From: Rhodosorus marinus CCMP1338
Taxonomy: Eukaryota; Plantae; Rhodophyta
DNA length: 64,000 bases
Direction of reading: 5' to 3'
Assembly (NCBI GenBank): GCA_029953675.1
Contig: JAMWBK010000003.1
Span: 3,038,001-3,102,000, forward strand
Shown here piece after piece: positions 34,973-47,811 of the stretch. The position numbers and the translations under genes are program-made. The stretch's first letter is position 1; the number at the start of each line of letters is the position of its first letter. The notes under the pieces are model-generated. The model did not search any database. It had not been told where the DNA came from and saw only the letters and a program-made list of their open reading frames with translations.

Positions 34973-36818
34973 TCTTCCCTCACTCCTCCGCTTTTAACGC
35001 AACAACCTGCCTAAAGGGAAGATTCCCTAAAACACCGCTTTGCTCGCTCTCCACTAAACTCTTACGTCCGTCCGATATATGAATCTTTAGCTTCCAAAGC
35101 ATGCGAACCCGTCACACGTTCCCCTCAGCTCCAGAACGACGACCTAGGAAGGTGTCGTAGATATACGAGCGAGAAACGCCCCAAACACAACCTTCCTGTA
35201 CTCAAATACCGGCCCCACACAGCCCAAAAGAACAGATTCTCCTCAACCGGAAAAGATGTCAGCCAATATCCTCCTAGCTAGACGAACGCGACGTCCAAGT
35301 TCTGCTTCCACACCGAACACATCTCGACAAGCAGAACAGCACAAAGTGGTGTGTGCGCTCTCTCTTCTGAATTACGCAATCTTCCGTCCCACTGCTTTTG
35401 TTATGATTCAAAACGGACTGTATGCAGAGCTAGACCAAACAGACCTTCCCCTGTGCTCTACCTCCTGCAAGACGACACAGTTGGAGACTATTCCAGAATT
35501 CTTAACAAAATTCCAGGTTAATCGAATTCAGAAATAAGCATTTCACTTGACCCCAAGAAACGAGCTTAACACGTGGTTCCAGTCATCCACACTGCCGTCC
35601 GCCCTTCTCCCACCCATCCACCCCAAATCCCACTTAAGCCCTGCGAAACCCGTCTTGCCCCGCATTCGCGGTTTCCATCTGTCAGCTACTGCTTATGAGC
35701 TTATCGAAGTCCCACGTCAAGAAACGAAACGCCGAGAAAGATTATCTCCAGAAAAGAAAATTCTCTAAAACGACCAAAAACAAGCTAAAATCCAGTTTCG
35801 ACTTTTTGAACAGTTTTACGACGTATTCTCTAGCTGTCGACTATATCTGGATCCGTCGAAAATAAATTGTAAATAAATTCAAAGTTCAAACCTAAATTTT
35901 GATGATAGTACATGAATTTGGAGTTTTAGGAGACCATCATAGTCCCTGTTTTTTGGGCGACGTCATGATGAGTTTCTAGAGCAAAACATTTCCGTAAGAT
36001 GATAGTGGAGATTCCTAATAGGAGTACAAGTGATAGATTTGCCACCTGCGTACGAACGATTCTCGTTCATGAACCGCCCCTTTTTGTAGTTCGTACTAGT
36101 CCAGAATATCCCAGCGATTTCCAGACTTTTTGAAATTTTGTTTCAGCGTCTTACTTCGCCTCGAGATTCCTTGAGAAAGTAGTACGACGATTGTATTCTA
36201 GTAGTTTTGTACTAACGAACTCATGCAGACGTCTGCCTTTCTTGAATTGTAATTCTTCTTCACTTTCATATATATTTATCCAAAAACACTCACAATCACC
36301 CAATGGTTCGATTAAAAAAAATCCTGGTTGAAAGATATTGGATCATTATCGAATATTTGGTTATTTATTACTATTTTTAAATATCTCCTAACGCATAGCA
36401 AATTGTTACTGCAGTGGCACAGTAAATACTACGATAATATACCCCAGATCCCCTTTTTATTTTTGTTCGAAACCTGCTAATAAGTTTTTGTAATACAGAC
36501 AAATTTTTGCCCAAATCTGTGAATTTAAGGGCGATATATCTTAAACTAGATCTTTCGTTTTGATTTCTTCATTTCATTGCTGAATTCTCGATCAATTTGT
36601 AATGGCCAAATGAACTATCTCAAAAGGGTCAGAATGTTTTTTAGGATTCTGGGAATCGCTCCACCAAAGAGTACACGTTGGTCTGATAGCTGTAACTAAC
36701 TCTCTCTCTCTTTCGATCCTCTCTTAGAACAGAGCCGAATCAAAGTCTGGCATGAGCTTGAGTTGTCATGGTCGGAGGAGGAAGGGCTGGATCGGAATCC
36801 CAAAGGATTAGCTGGTAT

Positions 36819-37676
36819 TCACGTGAAGACTTGTGGATTCACTCGCGATTGGACAGCCCCTGCGATGGCCACGACCTGTATACTGATCGTGCCCTGTGTT
36901 ACACCATCTTTCACTAGTTCCCGTGTGTCGAAAATTTCTCCAAGTAACACTCCACTCTCCTTGATTAAAAAGTTGTGAATGGGGTAGGGTAGAGTGGTCC
37001 CAGGCTCTGCTGGCATAACTTCAACGCCCCAAGTGTCGGCTCCGACGAGGACAACTCCTGAATCCGCTAAATACTTGCCCGCTTCCATTCCGATTCCTGG
37101 TTCTCCAGAATTGAACAATCCGTTGTTCACGTTTGCTCCCCACCCGTGCTCGATCCATCCGGTGTGTAGCAGGACAACAGAACCCTGGGCAATAGTTACG
37201 CCGGCCTCCTTAGTTGCATTTTCGATGTCGCTCTTTGTAAGCACAGTTCCCGCAGGGATGATGTCCACTTTTAGATACTTCGCCATGTCCAGGATAACAC
37301 ATTGAGCAACGATGTTTGAAACAGTTTCCGTTCCCATTATCTTTACTCCACCTTTGTCAAACACCTCCGCGGAGGTGTGACCTCCATAAAACTCCCCGTT
37401 GTGGCCAACATGGCTAAGCGTGTCGATGTGGGTTCCGATCCCAACGTGAAGCTGCAAGCTGTCATCGTGAATGAGCTGCACGTGATCGCCCTCCCCAATT
37501 TGCATCTGCTCGATGTGAACAGCATTCTTTCGCGGTCCCCAGGCTGGGGATTTCTCATCCACAACAACTCCGAGATTATACACCTTTCCATGCGTGATGT
37601 TCTTCAGAGCTGCTCCCACGGTCTCCTCTGTAATGTACTTCAGGGCACCTCGCTTGTCCTTCTCAGCGGCAGACAT
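36819..37676 (-). CDS. Cyclase-family metal-dependent hydrolase (kynurenine formamidase/isatin hydrolase-like), intronless
   Basis: GIGTHIDTLSH metal motif, VLLHTGW, EPGIG, VGADTWGVE, PIHNFLI and GEIFD. Confidence 0.88.
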   Translation of the reverse strand: MSAAEKDKRGALKYITEETVGAALKNITHGKVYNLGVVVDEKSPAWGPRKNAVHIEQMQIGEGDHVQLIHDDSLQLHVGIGTHIDTLSHVGHNGEFYGGHTSAEVFDKGGVKIMGTETVSNIVAQCVILDMAKYLKVDIIPAGTVLTKSDIENATKEAGVTIAQGSVVLLHTGWIEHGWGANVNNGLFNSGEPGIGMEAGKYLADSGVVLVGADTWGVEVMPAEPGTTLPYPIHNFLIKESGVLLGEIFDTRELVKDGVTQGTISIQVVAIAGAVQSRVNPQVFT

Positions 37677-37841
37677 CTCTCATTACAAAAATGAACACAA
37701 ACGCACGCAGAGAAGAGTCCCAAAGCCTCTACTCTCAGTGTTTGCTATACGACAAAACTTGTCCAAATTGTAAGTGCTATGTATTTAAGTTCCAAGCTCA
37801 GGCGCTTAAAGCGTTACGGAAGACGAAGCTGATATATATTT

Positions 37842-39755
37842 TTAACTCTCATTCAGATCGGCATCAAATTTGTTCTGCAGGAATCTGAACTTAACCGAAC
37901 CTGTCTCTGCTCTTTTCAAGATAGAATTACGGGGTCGTTTCTCTTTCATTGTTGCCTCAGAATTCTCGTCACTTCTGTCCAGCGAGTACTTTTGACTTGC
38001 GGGCGAGCGGAGGTCAATACTATGGAAAGCCAGCTTACTTCACCACTCTGCTTGGTTTTTTTTCAGCTCGCGGGCTATCGCCTTTTCAGCGGATTCTGCT
38101 AAGAGGAGTCGGTTGGATTCTGGATAAGGATCAACTCAAACCTCGAATTCCTGGTCAACTTCGTCTGGGGGTGAGTCTCCATCACGTCAAGCATTAGAAG
38201 CATCGGTGCCGGCTTCGATTGTCATGATCTCTTTCGAACCGGGATCTTGTGGGGAGAATTTGTTACTTGTCACTCAGAGCTTAATTCCCGAACACTTTCG
38301 AAAGTAGATCTCCGAATGCTTGCTGGGGAGGCCTCGGGAGGGGAAGTGGGGCAGCGGTGCGTTGCTCATTTCTCCAACGAGAACACGAAGTTGACTGCAG
38401 CTTGAACGTCAAAGGAAGCGACAGTGCTGGAGAAAAGCTTGCCCAGACCGGACTACTGGTTCCGTCGCAAGAAACCAAAAATGCGAGACTCGAGGTCTCT
38501 GCCTGTCCATTTACGGTCAAGAACCTTGTGCCGCATCGTCGTTTCCTGGGATCGTACAGTATGCAAAATAAATCATCTATTTACATCTTTGCATCAATAA
38601 AACTTTTGAAGAGCAATGTGCTTGGGGGGGGGGGGGTTGGGTGGGGTTTAACAAAGCATCAACCTAGAGTTACGCCAATCATCATCTCCATCGTCTCCTC
38701 ATCAGGCGAGCAGGAACATACATCGAACGGAGTTCCTGAAGTCGCGATCGTTTGAACGTGGCCGGTGAGTTAGAACTCATTGAGAGCAGAGGTGGGACTA
38801 GCCGCTCACGAAACCCACTGTATAGCTCCGCCGCGGGGATAACCTCCTTTGGTTTTTCCTTGGCATTGCCCTCGACCGGCGCCATCGCAGGACCTAGTCC
38901 GTTCGGTGGCTTCTGTTCGCTTGTTCCATGCACCACGTTGTCCATTGACGGTTTAGTGTCAGCCCGGCCGTTCTCCAGGGAAGGACTGGTCACCCTAGAT
39001 ATTTGAGAGCTCCAGTTCGCATTCCCCGACAGGTCCGAACCATTTGTGTTGTGAACTTCGTCTTTCCCAGAATACACAACTTCTTGCTCGACCTTCAATT
39101 GCCCGATGGGTGCATAGGGCTGCGAATCCACCTGTGCCTCATCATTTTCGGCACTTGGTCTAGCACCACCAGAAGGTGTACTGAGGCGTACAGAAATATC
39201 ATCAAGCTTCCTAACTGCCGTGCTGCCCAAGGCTTGACTTGAAACTGCCGCGGCAGGAGCTTCAATTTTCTTAGGGCGGGAATCAAAAGAACTATCAAGC
39301 GGAGTCGCCACTGTTTTTTTTGGCGTTTGAACCAGCAGCCCCGGTGACAAGCGTAGTCCCTTTGGACTGGGACTCGGCGTGGGGCCATTTTCAATCTTGA
39401 AATCTGGCATGCTGAAACCACCGATACCAGAGTCTTTGTCAGATTGTCCCTTCTGCTTTGCGAATAAGGGGGTAGCCCCACCGTCCGGGCCGAATCCAGG
39501 CTCATCTTGAAAGCTGTCCCCTAGGCGAAAATTGGGTGACATCATGTCCACCTCGTCCTCATCCGGCCCGCGCGCAACGGCGGTGGGAGTGATTCCCCCA
39601 AGCTCTCCATCCATTCCCAGCTGCCACTTCGGCGAGCTCCCCGAGTCTAGCGAAGCCCAGTTTAAATCAGCCGCAAATAAATCCACAGACATGGAGGCCT
39701 CCATTCCTCCTGCGTTCTCGGGATTCTCCAACCCATCCATACTGGCACCCGTCAC
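37842..39755 (-). CDS. Ser/Pro-rich, largely disordered protein of unknown function; 3' exons uncertain
   Basis: 357-codon ORF (38682-39755) with many SP/TP sites ends at a GTATGT donor. Candidate downstream exons at 38281-38545 and a terminal exon ending NSILKRAETGSVKFRFLQNKFDADLNES* at 37842. Confidence 0.6.
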
Positions 39756-40827
39756 AAAGGATGTCGTCAGTCCTCACTTAGTAGGAGGCAACGAAAAAAC
39801 GAGAATCAAAACTGTCCGTCCAGCTCCAGCAGCTTCAAAGCAGCCGAAAAAAGTTCTCTTCCCAAAGCCCGCTTAACACAAACTCAAGAACACCACGTCA
39901 AAAGTTCAGCACAGTAAAGTCGCAACCCGACACAAAATCTCGGTCAGATTCTAATCCGCACGCGAAATCACAGGCTCCTCAGCCATCCATTCTCTCACAA
40001 TTCACAAAAACAAACCTCCTCCCCCAGGCGATATGCTTGTTCAACCTTCTCCCGTTCTTCCCACAACCAAGTCCACGCCAAAACAATTCTTCCTCCACCT
40101 CCTCCTCCACCAAAACAACTAATCAACGTTCCGATACACCACAGTCTGACCACACACCTCTCCCACAAATCCAGTCTCCAACACACCTTTCCACTATGCC
40201 TTCACCTTCCCAAACTTAGAAACTTCACACACCCATTCTCACATCCACCTCTCCCGCCCCCCACAGTAATAGCAAGTGTTTCCATACAAGTTCACCATTA
40301 GTAAATCCCGCACCAATTTCATCCCCCTTCTACTAACCAAAAAATTCCATTATTTATCAAAAATATCGAACTTAGTCAATATGGCCAATCATACCCCGTT
40401 TGGGCCCACGTTTTTTTCTCTAATTTCAAGTCGACTTGTTTGAAGTTTCTGTGTTCTGGACTGCCAGCGCAAAACAAAAAAAGGGGTAAAAAGAGATGAG
40501 GGAAAAGCGCAGCAGGGGGGGGAAGAAAATCATTGATTTAAAACTCTAATTAGTTTTTGGAAAACAAATATTGAAGGAGTTGAATGAAATACTTTTTCTT
40601 AATCGTTTTTATATGGGCTTGGATTCCATCCACACGAGACAAAAGAAATCTCTTCCCACACACACAACGAAATTTGGCTCCTTCGGGCCTCATCTTGATA
40701 AAAGAATAAAATTTGATATATTCTGGTGAAAAGGGGGGAGGGTGGCTTAATATACATGATACACAAATACTTCTCTAAAAAAAGGAAAAACATATTTGTT
40801 GCCCGAGGAGACGAGGTCTACCCCTGA

Positions 40828-41490
40828 CCGGGTTGCCAAAGATCATTGGTGGCCTTTTGTGGTAAGGTTTATAACGAGGGAAATTATAATATTGTTATGT
40901 ATGTGACGAACATTTACCTTTAATATCATAAATGATGGGGTTGGAAAGATAGTCTATCAGTTTTCTTGGACGGCTTTAGGGTGGGAGAGAATGCAACAGC
41001 TGCACGATCCCTCGCTATTGAGGATTCTGTCATTGGATAACAGGTGGATGTACTGTGGCTAAGTCCATAATCAACTAAACCGATCGCCAGGAACTGCGCA
41101 GGTTTCAGATATCTCAGCGACATTCATTGCTTTTTGACCAATAATCTCAGCATTGAAAGAAGTTGCACAGATGTTAGTGGCTATGCTGGACCTCTTTGGG
41201 TTTCTGTGCTGCTTATTTCACGGCAGACAACCCATCCATCCACGCTACCTTTCGGCAATGATGATTTGAACCGAAAAGAGGTACGGTGCAAAAACCCAGC
41301 AATGGGCTACCGACATCATTCTCGGATGATTTCATACTGTCATAGATGGGAGCAGAAAGCTGCTTCCCTCGTTCCCTGGAGCTATAGCAGCTTCGCGAAA
41401 AGCATTGAAAGCCTAAAACCTACTCCTAACCCTAGGATATTAGTGTACATTCTAGACACTATTCGTGTACAACTCAGTCTTGTCTGATCA
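40828..41490 (+). mobile_element. Possible degenerate hAT-like transposase relic
   Basis: GGGTTGCCAAA at 40830 resembles a hAT terminus. Stop- and frameshift-interrupted segments SVFLDGF..., GFRYLSDIH, LKEVAQMLVAMLDLFG and FTADNPS occur in the order of hAT catalytic-region motifs. Judged by eye only. Confidence 0.3.
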
Positions 41491-41608
41491 AGACTGAGCT
41501 TCTGGTGTTGGAGGTGACAGGGCTTGGTCGGGTACGTGAAGGGCTGAAAAAAAATAAATCCCGAAGTTCTACCTAACTACTCGGTTTCAGTACTGAATGA
41601 TGTGAAAA

Positions 41609-43878
41609 ATGACTACCTTCGTTGGGAGTGAGGAAGGTTTGCACGAGTTCGGCCATCCGAAGCATGTCGTGGTGAGCGCGTTGCAGTCGTGGGCACAGTT
41701 TCAGTTTGAGGCGAGGCGAGGTGCCCTTGATAAGCAGGTGCGTGTTTTTTTTGTATTATTTTTGTCCTATCAAACCAAACGCTTTTTCTCACCACGTTTC
41801 GCTCAGAAGCAGCAGCTAACATGGTCGGAATTTGGTAAATGTTTTTTTTTGCTTGTCCGGCAAACTCTTAGTCCATTGAAATTGCAGACCTTCAGGATGG
41901 ATCAGTGATTTCAAGAAAGGCACTCGCAGATGCGACCAGAACGTTCAAAAAGTCGTTCACTGGAAGTGGTGGCAGAACAACCGCCTCTTATAAACCATTT
42001 TCTGCGCTCCTCAAAGAATACCAGGCAGAGATCGACCGACTTACAGCCAGGGCGAAATTCTCGGAGTCGGCTTTCCTCGAATTGTACAAAGCGCTTGACC
42101 CACTTCCGGATCCCCTACCGCTTCTTCAGCGTGGCGTTGAGGATGCCAACCTCGTCGCCGAACTGCAGCAGAGAATGAGTGGAATGGAGGCACAGAGCAC
42201 AGCCATGAACCTTAACCTCGGAGAGCGCGCTGAATACGAGAGCACCTTCGAGCATTTGAGGGCCCAGGTCCATGCCGCCAGAGCTGAAACCGAGGATCAC
42301 GTAAGCTATCATCTCGCATGTTTTGTTTTCTCGTCCGGATGGAAATCCTGAGCGAAAGGACATCCGTTCCGACGAAATCTTTGGCACACCCAAGGTGAGA
42401 TCGGCAGTCGCAGCTGCACAGCAGTCCTTCATGGAAGCTCAGCACAAGAGCATGGAAGCGTTCGAAGCCCGGGATGCAGAGCTTAGCAATCAGCTAGCTG
42501 CAACATCAGAGGCGCACATGGCCGCCCAGAAGAATGCCGAGGCGTTGAAGACTCAGCTGTTTGAGGTACAGGCCAAGCTTGATACTATGAGAAATGCGAA
42601 CTCATCGCAAGCGGAAATGGCCTCGGAAGACTTGGGAATCACGAGAGAGGAGAACTCTCAGCTAAGGCGCAGGTGCGCCGAGCTTGAAAATCAGCTGGCG
42701 CGTGAAGCTCGACCGGAGAGTTTTGCGCCCGATGCCAATGTCGAGCTTGCTTCAAAGGATGTTGAGATCTCCCACCTTACGGAGGAGTTGGAGTCCCTTC
42801 GGGCGGCTCTGGTGAGTGAGGAGGAGCGCGTCTCAACAACGGTGGAAGCTCTGCAGAAAGAACTTGCCGTCGGGGAAGGCAGGATTGCCGAGCTGAACTC
42901 CAAGATCGAATCCATGCCCGGAGTCGAAGAGTATGAGGAGTTGAAGAGACGTACCGAAACCTTGAAAGCTTTGCAGTTGGAGGACAGTGACGGTCCGATT
43001 GATGCAGAAGAAGGACTGGAGATGAAGATGTTGCATCGTCTGAGGGCGTTGGAGAGCAAGCTGACAAAGACGAGAGTTGAGTTGATGGAGAAAGATGAGG
43101 ATTGCAAGGAGGCGAAAGACAAAGTCGCGGAAATGGAGGAGCTTCTGGCGGATCAGAAGGCTCTGGTCTCAAGGCTTGAAGAGGGAATCAACTCTATGAC
43201 GGACGAAAAGACTGCTGATCGGGACCTGACTATGCATCTGGACTCCAAAGAAGCAGAAAAAGATGACGTAACGATGCTGGCCATCGTGACTGACCAACGC
43301 GACCGCTTTCGTACAAAAGTTCGAGAAGTCGAGGACGAGTCTCGGAAGTTGTCTGAGGCCCTTTCACTCCTCAAGTCGGAGAAAGAGAATCTCGAGGCTG
43401 ATAATGTGCAACTCTATTCGAAGATTCGATATCTACAGAGCTACAAGCAGTCCTCTGGGGGAAACTCAGCCAAGTCGCCTCTGCCAGAGGAGGACGGGTC
43501 TTCTCTGCAGAAGTATCACAAAGTATACGAGGAGACGATGAACCCGTTTACAGCATTTAATCGCAAGGAGAGAAAACGGCGCGTAAACGAGCTAAGTACG
43601 GCTGAGAGGTAGGTTCAGATAAGAGCTTCAGGCTAGTTGTTGAGCTCTAAATCTCACGCGTATGTGTTTGTTGTTTTCGTGCCCCGTCACTTCTGGTGCA
43701 CTTCTACTGTATCTGATGTTCTCACAGAGTAACTCTTCTCGCGGGAGAAAGGATGCTCGGAACGAGATTTTCGCGTTTGTTTGTATTTGTGTATGTGATC
43801 CTATTGCACCTGTTCGTCTTCATCGTCCTTAGCATGTCGAGATCGCTGTGTCATGAACTGGAGGAATCCCAACGCTAG
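41609..43878 (+). CDS. CASP: CASP (CUX1 alternatively spliced product-like) Golgi coiled-coil membrane protein, 4 exons
   Basis: N-terminal W..F...LDKQ...SRKALADATRTFKK...YQAEIDRLTARAKFSESAFLELY. C-terminal QRDRFR, LEADNVQLYSKIRYLQSY, YEETMNPFTAF and a transmembrane segment YVILLHLFVF with the conserved Tyr and His. Confidence 0.92.
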
Positions 43879-44865
43879 AAGAAGAATCTGATCGTCGGCG
43901 CTTACTTAGTTGGTGTTCCATTTTGTGCACCCATCCGTCCCTTTCGCCGGTAGACCAGAATGAGACTGGCACATCAGAGACAGGAGCACGTGTTGAAAAG
44001 ACTTGGTACATGGATAACCTATCCTCAGCGTGTGAGCTGAGTACGTCATTGGTGCGGTCGCGGCAATGGAGCGCGGATTCTCGCGGCGCCTGGCGAGTAG
44101 ACTAGTTGTTTCACAACAACCGCGCTACGCCGGTCTGATTATGGCGTGAAAATTGATGTATATACAAGACTACATTGCCTGTCATTGGAAACAGGTTCCC
44201 TAACTCAAACATACCGTCAATAAACGGAGCAACAGAAACCCCGCTTCTCTTTGGCAACTAGAGAGACCAAACAGAACACCTCACCCTGAAGCGTGATCGT
44301 GTGGACAATGTATTTCCAATAAAACGCTCCAATAAAGTTGCTACTGTAAATTATCCAACCACCACGTTCAGAGTATCCTATCCGAATATAATTGGTCAAC
44401 ATGTAGTGAAAAACAAAAACTAAAGCAGATTATCTTTAACTTATATTCTCTATAATACTCAGAACAATAGTTGGACTGTGATTGTAAAACTAAACATGAT
44501 TGGATATATGGTTTTTGAATATATAATTTTTAGGCCAGAAGTTTTTCAAAACATTGAAAATTGTATGGAAAAGAAGGTGGCAGATTCTGGTGGTTAGCAT
44601 TCCTTCGCTGTTGGGGAGGGTGAGAGGAAAATTGAAAGCAATTCTCTGTTGTACATTGTGAGAGCATTGAGAATGGATCAAAAGCCGAAGCCTCGACGCC
44701 AAGAGTAGGAGAGGTTGGATTGAAAGGGGAAGGTTAGGGGTGTATGAGAAACAGATCTAGTGTGAAGGGGAGACTTTTAGCTTAGGTGTTGGCTGAAGTT
44801 CTGGTTTTTAAGGAGAGGAGTTTGGTTGTTGTAAAAAAGGATATTGGTGATTGAACGAGATAGAC

Positions 44866-45605
44866 ATGGCGGTGGCTGTGGAGAATGGGGTTTGTTTTGT
44901 TCCAGGAGGGTTTGTTAAGTTGCCGAAGAAGGTAAGGAGTGTTAGAAATGCGCGTCTGACTGTTAGATCGTCTGCGATGGAGGTTGCGGACGTCGGGAAA
45001 AGCCTTGGCATGACGTCTCTGGTTTTCTTCTTGACTGGGTGGGGGATGGTTTCGTTCGTGAAGGGTTCTACCAAGGCACGAATAATCCAGACCAGGTATA
45101 CCACTAGCACGGAGCCGAGCAAGTTGATTCAGGACGCAGTCTCGCATTTTTCTTCCCGAGCTTACAAGATCAACAATGAGGCCGACAAACGACCTGGAGT
45201 GATCACGTTGGAGGTAGGATATGCATCAGCGAAATCAGGCTCATCCCCAATCCAGAAGTGAAATTAAGTGAAGACGTTGAATTTCTGCAGGGTTTAGTGA
45301 GTCCAAGTACTACCGTCGCGGGAATCCTGCTGTCATGTGCAGTTGCTAGTCTCGCGAGTCTGGTCATTGTCCTTCAAACGTATTATCCCGAGCAGTTTTC
45401 GAGCAATCTGCTTTGGCTATCAGTTCTTCCATCAGTTCTTATCGTGCCCTGGTATTGGAGAGGAGCTGAAAGGATTGAGCAGGTGAAGATGCTTGTTGAG
45501 TCCGATGAAAACTCAAAAAACAAGCTATTCTTGAAAGGGCATCGAGATGAAATTGCCGAGTACGAAGCCGCAATGGGGGTGAAGCGAGACAAAGTGGAAG
45601 AGTAG
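44866..45605 (+). CDS. CCB1: Cofactor assembly of complex C subunit B (cytochrome b6 heme ci biogenesis), DUF3529, 2 exons
   Basis: Transit-like N-terminus; SFVKGSTKAR; HFSSRAYKI; ITLE|GLVSPS; LASLVIVL; PWYWRGAERIEQVKM, matching the CCB1/cyanobacterial DUF3529 pattern. Confidence 0.85.
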
Positions 45606-46170
45606 GATGATATCTCTGCCGACCGTTTCGGAAACGCTTTTCAGGTGCACAACATTGACTTGGGTAAGCCGTTCATCGAGGGTTAACGGGGTGAACTAAC
45701 ACGTTTGGACACCACGGCGGGAGCGTGGCGGTCTCTACGAACAGCCAGATTTTTAGGCTTGATGTGGACGGTGGGTTAGCGATTTTGTGTACTTGATGGG
45801 AAGCTGCGATCTAGAGTTTGACCCACGGTAGCCTGCGAAAGAGTGTCCAAACAATTCTTTGGAAACTCGTCCAAGAGAGTGCTTCTTGATTAATATTAAA
45901 GGATTCTTCTTCAAATCTTCGATATGGTCACGTTTCGGCCACGCTGGTCACGCTTGAATTTGTTTAATGAAAGCAAAATGCTGCTTCCGAATCTAGTTCA
46001 TCATTTTTTAGTTAAGTCAGTGGGGGTATTATGGGTCAAGAAAATCCAGACATGCTCGCGTCTGCAGGGTGGAAACGTAGCCACTCGTGCACTCACAGAA
46101 CAGAGGTCGGCATCCCCGTACTGCTTCGGTAGCAAAATAATTGAGTATCAGAATGTCATTCTTTCCACTA

Positions 46171-46698
46171 TCACTCGTTCTCAGTCTTCATACTCTTCGT
46201 ACTCTTCATGTCGATCAATTGTCCAGGTTTCAAAGTATCCTTATCCGCCAAGTACCTCCGAGCTGCTTCGTCCTCCAAAACTCCATAAGTTACGAGCCAA
46301 GCCTCTGCCAATGGGGATCTCACTCCTCTCTTCTTCTTCTCTACGTACATACTCTCATAGAACATCCTAAGAGGGTCACTTCTTGGCGGAGTATCTCTCC
46401 GCTGACCTGGTTTGCTAAACTTCTTAGCCTTTGCATTGCCCTCGGCGTTGCCCGCTTTTCTAGCAGCCTCGGATTTAATCACTTTCTTTACATTTGTTGC
46501 ATTCTTAACCACAGATCCAGATACAACCTTTTTCTTCTTCTTCTTCTTCTTCTTCACCAGAACCTTCTTCACAACCTTCCTCTTCACATTCTCTCCTCCT
46601 CCCCCGCCACTTCCGGCGATCTCAACTTCAACCTTAACTTCTCTTTCTTCGAATTTGATCTCACTTTCCACCTTATTCATCTTCTCCCCATAACTCAT
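46171..46698 (-). CDS. Lys-rich probable nuclear protein with a conserved plant/algal C-terminal domain of unknown function
   Basis: Poly-Lys tract, and PPRSDPLRMFYESMY...SPLAEAWLVTYGVL. Confidence 0.7.
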   Translation of the reverse strand: MSYGEKMNKVESEIKFEEREVKVEVEIAGSGGGGGENVKRKVVKKVLVKKKKKKKKKVVSGSVVKNATNVKKVIKSEAARKAGNAEGNAKAKKFSKPGQRRDTPPRSDPLRMFYESMYVEKKKRGVRSPLAEAWLVTYGVLEDEAARRYLADKDTLKPGQLIDMKSTKSMKTENE

Positions 46699-47171
46699 TC
46701 CAAATTCCTAAGCACTCAATACCCATCAATACTCATTACTCTTATCCTTTGACAATCTTCCCCTTCCAAGTCCACAGTCTCACCACGCACAATCACAACA
46801 CCTCCAATACCCTTTCCATGGGAACCCCAAAAAGCTGCTCTCATCCAACAACGCGAGAGTATTCAGTCAAAATAGTATTTTATAATGACTGGACTATCCA
46901 AATTGGGACTTTCTGGAGTACTTTCTGCCTCTGCTCCGAATTCTGTACAACAGTGTCTGAGGTAAAAACCCCGAAGTCGCTTCTGCGAAGGATATCGGCG
47001 ACAGTACACATTTCATTCGGGAACGTTAGCGTCCGATGAAACCGATCTGTCTATGCGCAGAAAATCTAGAAGTATTTCCTCTCGCCGACAGCCGTTGACC
47101 GGGTGTAACCGGTGATAAACCTCAACACACGGGAGTTGAGAGGGTCTGCAAGGATGACTTTAGTTTGATGT

Positions 47172-47811
47172 TTGGTTCTTGGGAGGGGTCGGAAGCTGCA
47201 GGGGCAGTCACTGGCACAGATGGCGGCGCTCGTCCAAAGTCTGCAGGTGCAGTTGACGGAGCGATTGGGAGCTCAGGATGAGCAAATTGAGAAGATGACG
47301 GGGCTGCCCCTAGTCGACCCTCCCCCCCCCCCAGCACTGGGCGTTGGGTCGCGGCTAAGATCCTTGTGATGAATCTGTTTACCACGCCGACCGCGCTCCC
47401 AACAATTAGTCTTACGAGATGCTGAAGGATGCTGCAGGGGGCTGCAACCTGTTCCAGAAGCTCAAGATGGAACGTCCGGCAGCGGCCGACCTCATCAACC
47501 TGTTTTTTCCGGTCAAGGCCGTAAACGACTCCGTAGGGCCGGATGGGCTGGTACCAAGTCTGATGGTTTATGGAACTCTGCCCAAGCTGATCGTAGAACC
47601 TGGGGTATCCCAAGACCTGGACGGAAGGGTAAGAAGCATGGAGGCAACGCGGCGTGAGTTTGCTAGGATTACGGCACAACTCAAATTGAAGATCGCAACG
47701 AGGCATCGCTTACCGCATCCAGTCGATGAACTGGACAGCAATGTGCCGGTACTTGTGTCACGCGACACAGTAGCCGGGAGAGCGAATGAATGGACGAGTC
47801 CGCTCGTGTGA
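47172..47811 (+). mobile_element. Ty1/copia (GalEa-like) retrotransposon relic: gag-like start joined to the integrase C-terminal region
   Basis: VKAVNDSVGPDGLVPSLMVYGTLP...VLVSRD...WTSP resembles the AVKAxNDTAGPDGLVPTLLVFG...VLVWRE...WTGP stretch of GalEa-clade integrases. No LTRs or RT found. Confidence 0.7.

Noticed and set aside
35967-36100. Box C motif ATGATGA (also at ~54771) as a C/D snoRNA
   Set aside because: No matching box D with a terminal stem at a suitable distance.
37842-38246. Minus-strand frame interrupted only by three TGA codons (selenoprotein or readthrough idea)
   Set aside because: Three stops in 135 codons is not far from chance, introns could remove them, and there is no SECIS or redox motif.
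41411-41435. Telomere-like CCTAAAACCTACTCCTAACCCTA
   Set aside because: Too short and irregular.
45703-45852. 10-bp inverted repeat GTTTGGACAC/GTGTCCAAAC as a MITE or ncRNA closing stem
   Set aside because: Several such matches are expected by chance in 64 kb; no TSD and no RNase P/MRP/SRP/snoRNA motifs.
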